Source: Piedraia hortae CBS 480.64 (Eukaryota). Taken from it: a DNA stretch of 52,947 bases. The stretch covers positions 1 to 52,947 of the forward strand of contig MU006031.1 of assembly GCA_010093745.1 (NCBI GenBank). The letters run 5' to 3'. Numbering within the stretch: position 1 is the first letter of the stretch; the number at the start of each line of letters is the position of its first letter. Both the position numbers and the translations under genes were made by a program. Below are positions 40,134 to 51,624 of the stretch, piece by piece. The notes beneath the pieces were generated by a model that was not told the DNA's origin, made no database searches, and saw nothing but the letters and a program-made list of their open reading frames with translations.

Positions 40134-43100
40134 GGTGGCTTGTTGGAGCCAATCTGTGTGCTCGGATTTGTTGAAGCTTGGCAATTTGTTTCCTGTTTAG
40201 ATTCCAGGTGGGTTGTTATTTGATGATTCGCAGCCAAGTTTGGTTGAGGAAAGCAGTTGCAAGGTAAGCGGTGTGTGTGACTATGTTGGGCGATCCTCCA
40301 ATTGTGTGGACGAGGCCAGGTTGCAGTGCCTCGTATATGGTATGTGTGTGTTAGTCGGGCGGAAGCTTTTGTCTGTTTGATTTGAGGAGAAAGATGGGAG
40401 AGAAACGGAACAGACTCTTATATCTGGAAGAAATGCTGATAACTTCCTCAATAAGTTATATCAGCGGTGACTCATCATGTCCTTCTGGGTAAGGGCACTT
40501 TCAGTGCAACGTACCTACATTGCATAGGTATGTATGATACACCCGTACAAGGCATGGTAGTAACGGACGTTTAGCAGCGCAGTTTCCTTTCAAAATAAAG
40601 GAGGCTTCTTTTCGGTGATCAGATGGGACATGATGATTTCAGGATGCAAAATGCGTCTTTCCACACCGACGATTCCCGAAATAATAGATCCACAGAAGAA
40701 TCTCTCAAGTCATGCTCACTTGAAAACAAACCTATAGACGCTGTAACCAGTGGGTTCAGGTTGTGTGGCATAATTGGGAGAGCGGCTTGTAGGAAGAACT
40801 GTTTTATGCTGGCGATCCGTAGGAAGAAATTCCCACCCCACGCTATGGGAGTGGGAATCTCGGTGAGAATTCCTTCCCACGGATGTCATGCAGCAACATC
40901 ACACCCACAGCAAAACTGATATATTTTCCTGCGCTCGTTTAAAGAGCAATAAGAGATGACTTTCTAAGCCATCGATCGAGTCACGCGAAATCTGCCCATC
41001 AGATATTTTCCAGGGATGTGTATAGGATATAAAATGCAGAAACTAAGAGGCTCAATCAAAACAAATATGCTGCTCAGATAGGGGCAATAATCTTCTTATC
41101 GATGAAAAGTCTGACCATCAACAAATAAGAAGGTAAGTGGAAACATGGAAGAGAAGACATCGTCTACTTGATATCAATTCGCGTAAAGTAGATCTAGCGG
41201 CTTTAGAACAATGTCGGCGTCAAAACAAAGAAGACTAAGAGAAAGACTAAGAGAAATGGTGTAAAGTGTGAGGCGGAAGTTGATCACGCGTCATCAATGA
41301 ACGTAATATTATGCAAGGAGGAAATAGTCCATTCCTATCATCTCCCCAGGGATGCCGCTAGATATGGGTAAGAAAAGGAGGCAAGTTCGTTGGTAATCGG
41401 TAGCAAAACAAGTAAACTGGAATTACTTTCCCCTTTCGAGTGAAGATTCGAAATCCTGTTAGTCACAGGATATGAGCTCGATCCCAGCGTCGAATGACCC
41501 ACAGAGCCTCACTCGAAGTGCCTGTTTCTAATACTGAGCAGAACCAACTTGAGCCACAAGTCCAACCGCTGACGGATTTTATGTCTGCATTGACGGCAAA
41601 ATTAGGCAATATGGCGAAGTCAGTATCGGGTGTGGGAGAACAGTTTAGAACCCCACTGCGTTCCCCCTTCCTTGGAGGATACGGTCAAGATGAACAACAC
41701 GAACCAGCCTCAGCTCCCTGAAGAGAAATGTCAAATTCAGCAAAATCAGCCAGACTCAGCACCCAAAGGATACTGACATGCAGAAGTACCTGGTATATCA
41801 CGAATCAGGCCCTGGGGAGGAGGGCCTCATCCCAAACGGGGATGCGGTTGAAACGATTTTCTGCGAGATTTCGGAATTGCTCTTATCCAGCCCCGGCATC
41901 CTTTGTGATGGCCATGACATCGGCCCTAGCCCTGAGTTGCTATACTTGCCGCCGGAGGTGAACGTGGGGCTCGAGACTCCGTTAGAAGAAGGGGGCAATT
42001 TCGTGGTACAACGTCACGAAAGATGGGGTTGAGATTAGAGTCAGTACCCAATACAAAACTAAGAGGTACTTTGCTCTGTGTGTAAGTTAAAATCAAAAAG
42101 ACGCACTCGCAAGAAAAAAACTCAAAGACTGGAACAAGATATTCTGTGTTTTGGTGCCATAGGAAATACGGACTGGGCCCCGACACTTTGTGCCCTTCCA
42201 TAGACTGTTTCACATTTCTTTCACTGCGAGTGTCACTGCAAAATGGAAGTGATCCTCGGGCTGAGGATGCAGAAGGCCTTGCGCTGGAATTGGAGAATTT
42301 GAGCATGAGGCCACCCAATTGGCATCAAGTATGGAGCAGCGTTTTCCATTGAATATTAGTTCTTGGACAGATGGCACAAACACTTCCAAGTGAATCACTG
42401 GTTCTGCTGGAATAAAAAAAACCCTTTCTTTCCTGCTAATCAACTTTGACTCAGGTAGGCTACAATGTTCTCGCATCTATGGCTTGGCATGTCACTGGCA
42501 GTCATCAGCTATCGAGCTACACAGAGAGCTCGAGGAATGAAAGGGGGAATTTGTGGAGGTGCGATGAAAAAGAAAAACTGATCTCTACCAATGTCCCCTT
42601 CACTGAGAGGACTACATCTATATATAGGTCAGCATATTTCTAAGGCCAGGTAAAAAAGCAGCAGAAGAAAAAGCTATCACAAAGGCATCCGGGCACGCAA
42701 GGAATGCCAAACGCACATGCATCCAATACAACCCGCGTTTCATCAGCGCTACTGAACAGAGCATATCACGAAAGCCGAAGGATTTGTGTAAGCGAAACGA
42801 TGAGTGTTGTTCTAAGACTTGTGCCTGCGACTCGCAACTGTATTCACATTAAATAGAGGTTGGCACCGTCTTGTAACTACATTGTCATGTACATGCCTTA
42901 AAACTTCTATGGAAGAAGCCAATATGATACTGACCCCCATCATCTTTACTTGCCAATTAATGGTGAGCTGCCACAGGTTTTGATCAGGTTCAACGGCCGA
43001 TATACTTTGGCACCATGCGCAAAAGGTGATGTTTAGCCGGTCGAAGCCTGCCGGCGGTGTCAGGAGTGCCGGCTGAGGTGGTTGATCGTTGTATCTTGGG

Positions 43101-45822
43101 CGCCTCTGGTATTCTTTATAGTAACATATTGGATTCGTGAAATGAGATATTGGCATAAAAGGACGTCTCGAATGGGGGAAGATTCTACTTGCCGTTTAAT
43201 GCGCATATTCTATGCTGTGATTGGAAAGCAACAGTCAATTGCCTCTGACGACTGACCGAATAGTTTCAGTCATTGCTTAGTGGGAGCCTATGTGTCATAA
43301 TCAGGATTGCTGGTGCCTAAAGTATGCGAACGACTCTTCGAGAGCAAAGATCAAGGCTACGATATGTTATGTAAGACGTCCTCGACGCTAAAAATTGAAT
43401 TGGAGGACTTCGATGAATTGCTATATGTCTGGGGAGAGCATATTGAATTATTACTTGGCGCCCAGCTCTTAATGTCCTGCATTGCAGACCAAATTCCGCC
43501 GCTCATTCAGCAACAATTATACTTGCACTCAGTAGTGCGAAAGTTCCTGATGATGTGCACAATTCAAAGGCGAAAAGCGTCGATATTCCATGGCATTGAG
43601 TGCTGCTCTGCCTCAGGAGGCCTATTTTACAATGGGAGCAACGGTTCCTGCAGAGCAACCAACAGGAAAGGATGGTTTGGCAACACTGTACCTCAAGGCG
43701 CCGCTGAATTATGCAGGTTCGATTGGGCCAACGATGGCATGATTCGTCTCCGTATCCTAATTGCTTCTTGTCACGGTTCCTTAGAATTTTCATGCAACGC
43801 GTCCAATCACACCCAGAAACGCGGAGGAGCCCTAGGATTTGGACATAATGGAGAGCAGAGGTGCTTATAAGGCAGGGTGAGGTATCTACTTCTCAATTCA
43901 AACGCCGCATGCGAGCAGCTCGAAGGGTGTTCGCATTTGCGTGCTCGAACGTCACAGGAGCGCGCGCGTTGCGCTAGTGTCGGGCGCTTAATCGCCGTCG
44001 GATGCTTCAGACGAACATCACAGGCAAATACAGCTCATTTGGACCCGTGTTGGCAGTGTCTAGGCGGATGTTGGTGCAAAGTTGGAAAGCTGGAGTTGCC
44101 CAAATGCGGGGTTGCAGAATTTTGACAAGGATGTAGGGATGGCCTGCTGTCTAAACGCATCGCATGCACCCAGCATGTGTTCCCTGACCCCACAACGTGT
44201 GCTATTTGCGCGCTCGCGCCAACATACAAATCTCTGCGCAAATGTGCTAAAGATTTCGCAATGGCCAATCCTTATCCGTGGTCGTGTATCAGTCTTCAAA
44301 ATACACATGTACCACTGCATGAAGCAAAGGCATGCAAGGGTGTTTTCAGGCGTGCAGATCTCTTGAGCAAAATGATCCGTCAAGGCTTTGATCTGCACTC
44401 GCTGGATTGTTCTGTCTCATAATGACCGCGAGGAACTTTGATTGCTACCAGCAAACATTCATCATGCGGAGGATGTGCTTGCTAAATTTGCTGCTGGATT
44501 ACGCGATCATGACCAAATCAACGACTGCCCTCAGCTTTGTCAAGAGCGGTCTTTGCATTCTCAGCCCCGCCTTCGGAGTATAGGTGGATGATGGCCGCAA
44601 CCATATTCTTCCCCAGACCTCCGTGCGTCAACCTCAAGTCGTCTAAAGACTCTCGAGCCAAAGGCTGAACTAGCGGGCATCTTGATGACAGCATCATGAC
44701 GTAGATCGAAGATGGCAAACCCGCCCCAACTTCCCTCGAGGATATATGGAGAGTTTTGACACTCTTCAGACATCACTTCGATCGTCTTACAAAGTCATTG
44801 GACTTATATGTGGGCTTCTGAGACCTTTTTGGTTCAGAAGTCGCTCTGTTGTCCCTCAACTTTATGCTGGACCAAGGAGTTTCGCCGGAAAACATACGAT
44901 ATCTTTGACCGGACCCCTTCCCCGCGCGCGTGCTCATAGAGCTTCTGAAATTATATATTAACTCTTGTAAGTCTATTAATTTACTCTTGGTAGAGTATGA
45001 CTCACCTAGGATCATTAGCGGAGAGAATAGAACAAGACAGAACATGGCTACGTCCATGATCTTGGATGGGCCACTGCGGAGCAACGAACACCAGTATCAC
45101 CAATGCCTGGAAACCGACGAACTGCGTCGATGCCTCCATGGGTGAGGTGGGTGCTCGTTGCTGCCACCCTGCCCCTTCAGGGGACGTGGGCCATAGGCCC
45201 TCACCAACTAATCACTTGTATGTGTATTCGAGCAAGACTTAAATCAATTGTTGTCAGAAGAGTTCAGCCAATGTTGGTTGGACCATTGTAAGAGTATTGC
45301 ATGGGGTATTGTATAGCTGTTGTTTGGACTGTTGTATCCACAATTAAACATTTTGACATGAATTATGAATCAATATTTTGCGGGGTTGGCAGTGTAGTGC
45401 CCGATCGGCCTTGCCGATTGCGTCGATTAGCCCGTGCCGTAGTGCCTCATGGTCTACATCTTCGAATTCCGCTCGTGTTATGGATGGGAAGCATCCTTGC
45501 CAAAGACAACGGATGGTTCTGGCGACCCCTGATTGCTTGCTGGATTGAGAACGGGACAAATTGCAGCCTGATTCAATTGGGCTTGGTGTCCGTGCTGCCA
45601 GCAAAATCATATCTCGTCCATGGTATGCTGTCGACCGGTGACCGTAAACGTGAAGAAAGGTGTTGATTCGTTTCCATGACCATCAGAGCCATGTAGTGAC
45701 GGTTTACTCCGTCGAAGACTGCAATGGAAGGAAGCCAAATGTATTTGCATGTTGTTACATGTCACATTACTCGCGCGCTTTCGTGGTTGGATTGGACCTC
45801 TGCGTTTGTCTATGAAGTGTAA

Positions 45823-45850
45823 TTTGTTTGTTTGTTTGTTTGTTCGTTTG
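45823..45850 (-). repeat. (CAAA)n / (TTTG)n microsatellite, probable LINE 3' tail
   Basis: tttgtttgtttgtttgtttgttcgtttg lies about 300 nt 3' (minus-strand sense) of the RT fragment. Confidence 0.75.
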
Positions 45851-48030
45851 TAGTAAGCAGGAGCAGCCGCTTTGGCCGTCCGCTGCCTCTCGAGGGGGAT
45901 GTAACTACTTACGGCTTTGTGCCACCCCAGCTAACAGAACCAGCGATTTGTGTTTAAATCTTGCTGATGAACTCACGCACAAGAGTGTTAAACTACCTCT
46001 ATCACGACCTTCCGCCGTTCAACAGGGAATCGACGAATATGCAGTGTAAAACTGAGGTATTGTCTAAGGTATCTCTATTCTCTACGGCCAAGAGGCGAGA
46101 AGACGCTGTTGAACCTTAGTTCTACATCACCTCTTCCAAGATACCCAAATCCGTAGCGGATCGCCTCGGCAGTGCCCCGCAGTGCTGGAAGCTGATGTTT
46201 CCGGTCCGCAGGAAAGCCGCTGCTTCTCTCTTAGCTGCCAATCGCTCCAGCCCTTTTCCCAGACTTGAGAGTAGAGCTATCGGTCTTCAAGCCCGCGGTA
46301 TGCTTCTGTCCTTCTTCCCAAGCTTGGGGATCATCACTACTTCAGCGAGTTTCCAGGTCGCGGGAAAGTAGGCGAGGGTCAAGCACACATTGATAATTCA
46401 AAGAAGCCATGTCTTTACGTGCTCCCAGCATCCGCGTAGCAGGAATACCGTCACGCAAGTGGTCCCTGGCGACGTGCTCCTGCAACCTATCGTCGTTCGC
46501 CCAACCTCTTCTAGGCTTGCGGCCTGAGCCCAGGTGAGATCTGGATGTTGTTCACACCGGCGCCACCCGTCAAGGGGGTCATCAACCAGGTCTTCATCTG
46601 CGGTGAAACGTTCTGGAATGTGCTCACATAGCGTCCTGCCCTTTTTCAAAAGATCCACAATCGTGCGACCATTGACCACCATCGGGGGCACCGCACGTAG
46701 TGGCTCAAGTTTATGCCAGGCCACAATGCGATACAGCTCTTGATCCGTGGAGATGCCATAAATGATCTTGCGCCAGTAAGCCTTCTTCGCTGGCACGGAT
46801 CGCGGTGCGGAATTCTCTATACCCCATCAAGCCAGCCTGGTTGTCGTACGTTGAGATAATAATGGCCTTATGCGCGTGCTGGCATTCTGGAGTCAACCCA
46901 GGTGCTGACCTTGCCCGCTCCTGCGCAAGATGTCCCACAGCGGAAAGGGTATCCTCCCAGAGGCCCTCAAATCGCCGGAGTTGCTGTTCAACTGCCTTGG
47001 GCGTGCTGGCATTGCTTAGCATGCCGCTCATGTGAAGTGCTATCACGTCAGCAAATTCCGGGAGCTTTTTATCATGAACCCTGTAGTGTAGCCGTTCCAC
47101 CGGCTCTGTTTCACGTCCCGGTACATGGATGGGTAACGTGTGATGGTCGGAATCGGTGTCAAGCTTCGTACATACCCCTGAGGTAGCGAATAAGATTTTG
47201 CTGACGCAGTAATCAATGATGTGCCCTCATCGGGTTGTCGCCTCGCCGCGGGTGCCGGTTACCAGTCTGCCAAGTACTGGCCTCCATTCGCACTGGCCGT
47301 TAGGCTTGGTTTGAATGCTGGGTCTTTGGCGTTCAGGTCCCCAGCGACAAGGCATTGCATCGAGACATCCAGCCCGGTCATGTAATTCAGGACATTTTCG
47401 TCCCTTGGGCAGTTGTAGACGCTTATAATATTATTCTATTAACCGACAGAGTACATCCCGGGAGAAAACCGCACAGTGCTATGGCACCACCTGCAATAGC
47501 CCCATTCCGGACGTATGTAAGGATCATTGGCCGAGTTTCTTCATCATTCCAAGTGCCGATTGGGGAGTGCGTGACCCATGTTGGGTGGTTGATAGTCACA
47601 TTGCGTTGTTGATTTCAAGGTGCCTGTGCCAAATGAGATCAATGCCGCTCCTTAGGGATTATAGTAAGAGGACATGGTGTGGTGCGCATGATCTGCAGAC
47701 ATTGCAGCAAGCGATCCGAAGATTTATTGGAATGTTCGGAGTTGTCCGTCGGCATCTGCGCCGGCTCGTCTGTCGCTCCGTTTCACCTAACATGAAATGG
47801 ACGGGGCGTCATCAAGGGCCTCTAGGGCTTGGTAGGGGTTTGTAGAGACGATCCCCGCCATGTCGGGCTCCGAGACCTCCGGCTCGAGCTCACCCTCTGG
47901 GTGAGGATTGGCGTCTCTGTACAACCGATCCCTCAGTTTCCTTGTGGCCCTGCACGAAGTCATAACCTTTCCATGATAGTCGCGTAATTCTGTCGCAATC
48001 GCCCTTGGTGTACTGTGGCAATTCGACGCT
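45823..48030 (-). mobile_element. degenerate Tad1-like LINE (non-LTR retrotransposon): ORF1 end, APE endonuclease, N-terminal RT, 3' (CAAA)n tail
   Basis: On the minus strand: NPYQAL (ORF1 end, near 47830); NLRIACCNV (near 47720); RPMILTYVR, SVYNCP, LVAGDLNA (near 47335), IIDY and DSDH (near 47145), which form the APE endonuclease; YFPATWKLAEVVMIPKLGKKD..*RPIALLSSLGKGLERL..QHCGALPRRSATDL (about 46150-46370), which are RT domains 1-2. Many stops and frameshifts. Confidence 0.92.
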
Positions 48031-49819
48031 CGGATGAGAATATGATCCGAGAAACAAATGGCTATTTGGTCGCCCAGCGTTTAAGTTGAGGTAAAGAGCG
48101 GCGCTTTTGAAAGGCTTCGTGAGGCCTGCTTGGACGTATTTAAATTGTTCAACGGCACACGATTATGCAAAAACTTGGACTCTTGGGACAAGTTGAATGA
48201 CTCTTTTCTTGTTTTGGACACCAACGCGGTGAGATGCGATGATTTCTGAGATTCGTTCCATTCTTGAAGTTGTAGCCAGCAATAAGCGCATGCTCTTGGC
48301 AGACAGACGTGTAGATGCCTCACGTTTTATATAAGCTGGACTTTGCTGCATCTCTGCGATGATAAGGGAGCGTAGTGTAAAACGTTTCCCCTCGGCGTCA
48401 TGGGATTTGACGCGGATTGTCGAATACCGCTGAGCTCGTGTATGTCGTTCGTAGGGCACATTGCCTGAGAGTCTCGGTGGCCATTAGGGGGGTGTAACAA
48501 GCCAATTGCAAACGGTTGCCACTGAATAGGTGACGGAGAAGTCATTTCAGGCCATTTCAACATTATTCCCAGCACTAGCAAGTAGTTAGAGTAGCTACGC
48601 CAGCATTACTGCAAGATCTCCTCTGCCCATGCCTTGCGAGTGAATGCAAAGATACACTCCCATTCCCTGAAACCCAGCGGAATAGCGGAATCCGTCTGGC
48701 AGTATGCCTTCACTTTCATTCCAACCTCCAGTGCCGTTGTGTTCCCCCAAAACCCAGAAGAGGTCGCCCAACCATTCGCCGCACCCAAAAATCCCTACCC
48801 ACCCCCTTCTTCCCCTTCTCCCCCCAACCATCATCTACACCTTCCACTGTCTCCCCAGTCCCCCCATACCATTGTACATCTCCCTATCAACCACAAACTC
48901 CTCGGGCGGATGTTTGCTGCGGGGTTTGTAGTTTAGGTAGAGTTAGCGGGCATGGTCACAGAGGGGTGGTGCGTGACTGTGGTGCTGGTCTGGTCCCCTT
49001 CCGCTATTTTTGAGTGAGATGATGGGTTGGGGATTTTTTTTTTCTTGGGGGCACAGCGTTGTTTTTTGCGTAGGACTGAGCGAATTAGTTTGAGTAATGG
49101 GGCGGTCACTGAGCGCGTTTGCATGTGGACTGGTTCGTGGGAGTAGTGGTGCTTGGCCATGGTTGAATGTAGGAAATGATTCCATGGGTAATGAAGTGCT
49201 CTGTGGTAGCTCCGGCGTCTACTTCGTGGTGGTAAGAAAGGCTGGTGCTGAACGCAGTCGGCGGATACCTTTACCTGACGGACGTGGACCGGTCTTGGTC
49301 GTGCTCTGTGAGCCGTCTATGTTGGTACCAGCCTCACCTGCAATTAAATGCGTTCAAGCTGTAGTGTCTGCTGGTTACCGTGCGCTATCCACTGGATGAT
49401 GTTAAGTCATGCTGGTGCTAATAACGATCAGCGCGCACCTTTGCCTGGGGGCGTTAATTGGTGATGATCGAACTCCGTTAATCAATGGTGAACGAGCTCT
49501 GTATCTTCCGTCTCCCTCACGCTTGAGTGTCCTCAAGCCCCAGAGCCTGCAATACAGTCCCCGTCAACCGCAGTGCTGCAAAGCATCCCGCAAAATAAGC
49601 CGAGCCCGTTCTCCAGCACATTTCCACCATCAACAAATGTCCCCATCCCTCCCCGCCCCAACCCCTCAAGCTCTCTCACTTCTAACACTCCCTCCCCCCA
49701 TCCCCCACTCAAACGAAGCAATTCGCACTACCCTCCCACTAACCCTTCTTATCCTTAGACCCGTGACACCACAACAACACCCACACATATCCTCCCCAAA
49801 CCCGAATTTAAACCCAACA

Positions 49820-50410
49820 ATGCCCCTCCGTCTAAAACTAATTACGACCGACGCATCGTCGACCTTCATCGTCGGCACCGAAGAACGGGAGAACATACCT
49901 CCTGAATCCCTCATCGTCTCCTCCAAACCTGAGCGTCCCAAAACCAATTACTATCGTCGCTTGCCCCTAGACGATCCCCGCTCCATTTACTGGCGCAAGG
50001 AACTGGCCACGCGGTTTGTTCGCGAACAGCACCTCTCAAACTCCAACAATCCGAGTTCAGGCTGCCCGACTTCCAGCGTTCCGAGTTCCAACCGTCGGGC
50101 CTCCACCAATTCGGTTTCCAATCCTTCGACGGCCACCCACCCTCCCTCCACCGGTCTGGCTTCCACTCATCAGTCTGTCACCCTGCCCAAATTCATCCTA
50201 ACCGACTTTCCCCCAGGCTACACCCTCTGGGAATACGTTACCGTGGCTAATGGCAAGCACAGAGTGCGCAAGGATTTTTATTTGTACGGGCATCCGCATG
50301 GGGTTTCGCGACGGTATAAGAGCCCCAATCACTTTTTGCCGCATTTGTGTTGGTTGAGTAAGGGCATGGTGGGAAAGTGTGGGTGTTTGCCTTGTAATGG
50401 GCGGTATTGA
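49820..50410 (+). CDS. protein consisting of the Clr2 (cryptic loci regulator 2) N-terminal transcription-silencing domain only
   Basis: acaATG start; YYRRLP..WRKELA..FILTDFPPGYTLWEY..RKDFYLYGHP.G..RYKSPNHFLPHLCWL..CGCLPC matches the Clr2 N-terminal domain as recalled. A stop follows the CxCxxC after four residues. Confidence 0.75.
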   Translation: MPLRLKLITTDASSTFIVGTEERENIPPESLIVSSKPERPKTNYYRRLPLDDPRSIYWRKELATRFVREQHLSNSNNPSSGCPTSSVPSSNRRASTNSVSNPSTATHPPSTGLASTHQSVTLPKFILTDFPPGYTLWEYVTVANGKHRVRKDFYLYGHPHGVSRRYKSPNHFLPHLCWLSKGMVGKCGCLPCNGRY

Positions 50411-51410
50411 AGACAAAGGGGGAAGAGGGTAGGGTAGGGTGTAAGGGTCAAGTGTGCGATTGATTTTTTCTTTCTTTCTTTTTCTCTTTCTGTGAGTGCT
50501 GGGGATTGTGATTGTTCTGGTGTGGGTTGGGGTAATAGAAGAAGGGGGAGAGTACTGTAATGGTTGAGATGCGTTTCGCTGTGTTTTTCTTTGAGGGTTG
50601 GAGATCGAGATGCTTTTTGTTTGTTTCGTTGGATGATTGGTTTGATTGATTGGCGAGACGGAGTGTTTCATTGTATGGGTTTCGTTATTGTGTTAGTATC
50701 ATTAGTTGATGAGGCATTGATAGTAAACTGGTGATAAAGATTTCATTATGGTGGATAAGTGGGGTTGAAGGTACGAACAGGGTTTTTTCGTGGACGAGCA
50801 GTATTGTAGGGTCTTGAAATATGAGGGCAATGACATCGAGACGATGGTAGCGAGAGTTGTTATGTCCATTCGAAAGTGCGGATAGGCTCTGCGATTGCTG
50901 TTTGCCAGGCCTGCTCACATGAGGTTAATATTTGTGTTCTCGGGAATCGCCGCCGTGAAGTGACCACGAGTCATATGAGAATTCCAGAACATTGACCGAT
51001 TTCCCATGGGTAACAACGACATTACGTAGTAGATTGTGGATACTCGCATTTCAGTGAATTCTGTCCATGGTAGTGTCATTCTCGTCAAACTCCGAGTTTC
51101 TTACAAACCGTTGGGTCGGCTTGGAGCTATCCCGAGCTGTTGTTCGCAGTTGGGGCTTCCACAATGACATCGTCATCCTCGAGATCTGAAAGCCAAAGAA
51201 TGCCCAACATATTTTTACCATTAGCAGATTCGAGAAACAAAAGTTACCAAATAAATGCCCGCTTTCCAAGAATACATGCAGTACCAGCCCGCCAAAACGT
51301 CAAAGATAATCCCCATTTAGCACCCCATAACATAACACCTCCCAACCCCCCGTTCGACCACCCAAAGGCCCATCAGCTACCATAAGATATCTTCCCCCCC
51401 CCCCAGCACG

Positions 51411-51446
51411 ATCCCCGAATCCCCAAATCCCCAAATCCCCAAATCC
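51411..51446 (+). repeat. short tandem repeat (ATCCCCAA) x about 4
   Basis: atccccgaatccccaaatccccaaatccccaaatcc is directly visible. Confidence 0.8.
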
Positions 51447-51624
51447 ATAAATGATCTACAAGCAGCTATTCATCTGGCCGCTCCTACAACCACTGAACAT
51501 CCCAAAACAGCAAAACCTTCCCTTTTTCTTAGCCTACCGTTTCAGCCAAGTCCTACAAATGGTCCATAACCAGTAGACTATCCAAAGCGAAAAGCGACAA
51601 GAGAGTAGCCGCAACACTGGAACC

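Noticed and set aside
41231..41254. 12-bp tandem duplication AAGACTAAGAGA x2
   Set aside because: It could be slippage or an excision footprint, but nothing else supports a function.
45344..45610. SITRAEFEDV resembling the Hsp70 ITRARFEEL motif
   Set aside because: The flanking sequence shows no Hsp70 similarity; likely coincidence.
48606..48788. Minus-strand peptide MKVKAYCQ..FTRKAWAEEIL faintly like a Tc1/mariner transposase C-terminus
   Set aside because: Too short, with no DDE motif or TIRs seen.
49409..49819. Pro/Ser-rich N-terminal extension of the Clr2-domain ORF
   Set aside because: It coincides with the C-rich skewed tract where stops are rare; ATG 49820 in acaATG context is more plausible.
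13450..50410. Apparent cluster of chromatin/silencing genes (SAS4, TAF2, TEL2, LSD1-like, Clr2-like)
   Set aside because: They are interspersed with unrelated housekeeping genes and spread over 37 kb; there is no evidence of co-regulation, so it is likely chance.
51411..51446. CCCCAAAT repeats as telomere-like or CRISPR-like array
   Set aside because: Not the TTAGGG unit, only about 4 copies, and no spacers; a simple repeat in a eukaryotic genome.
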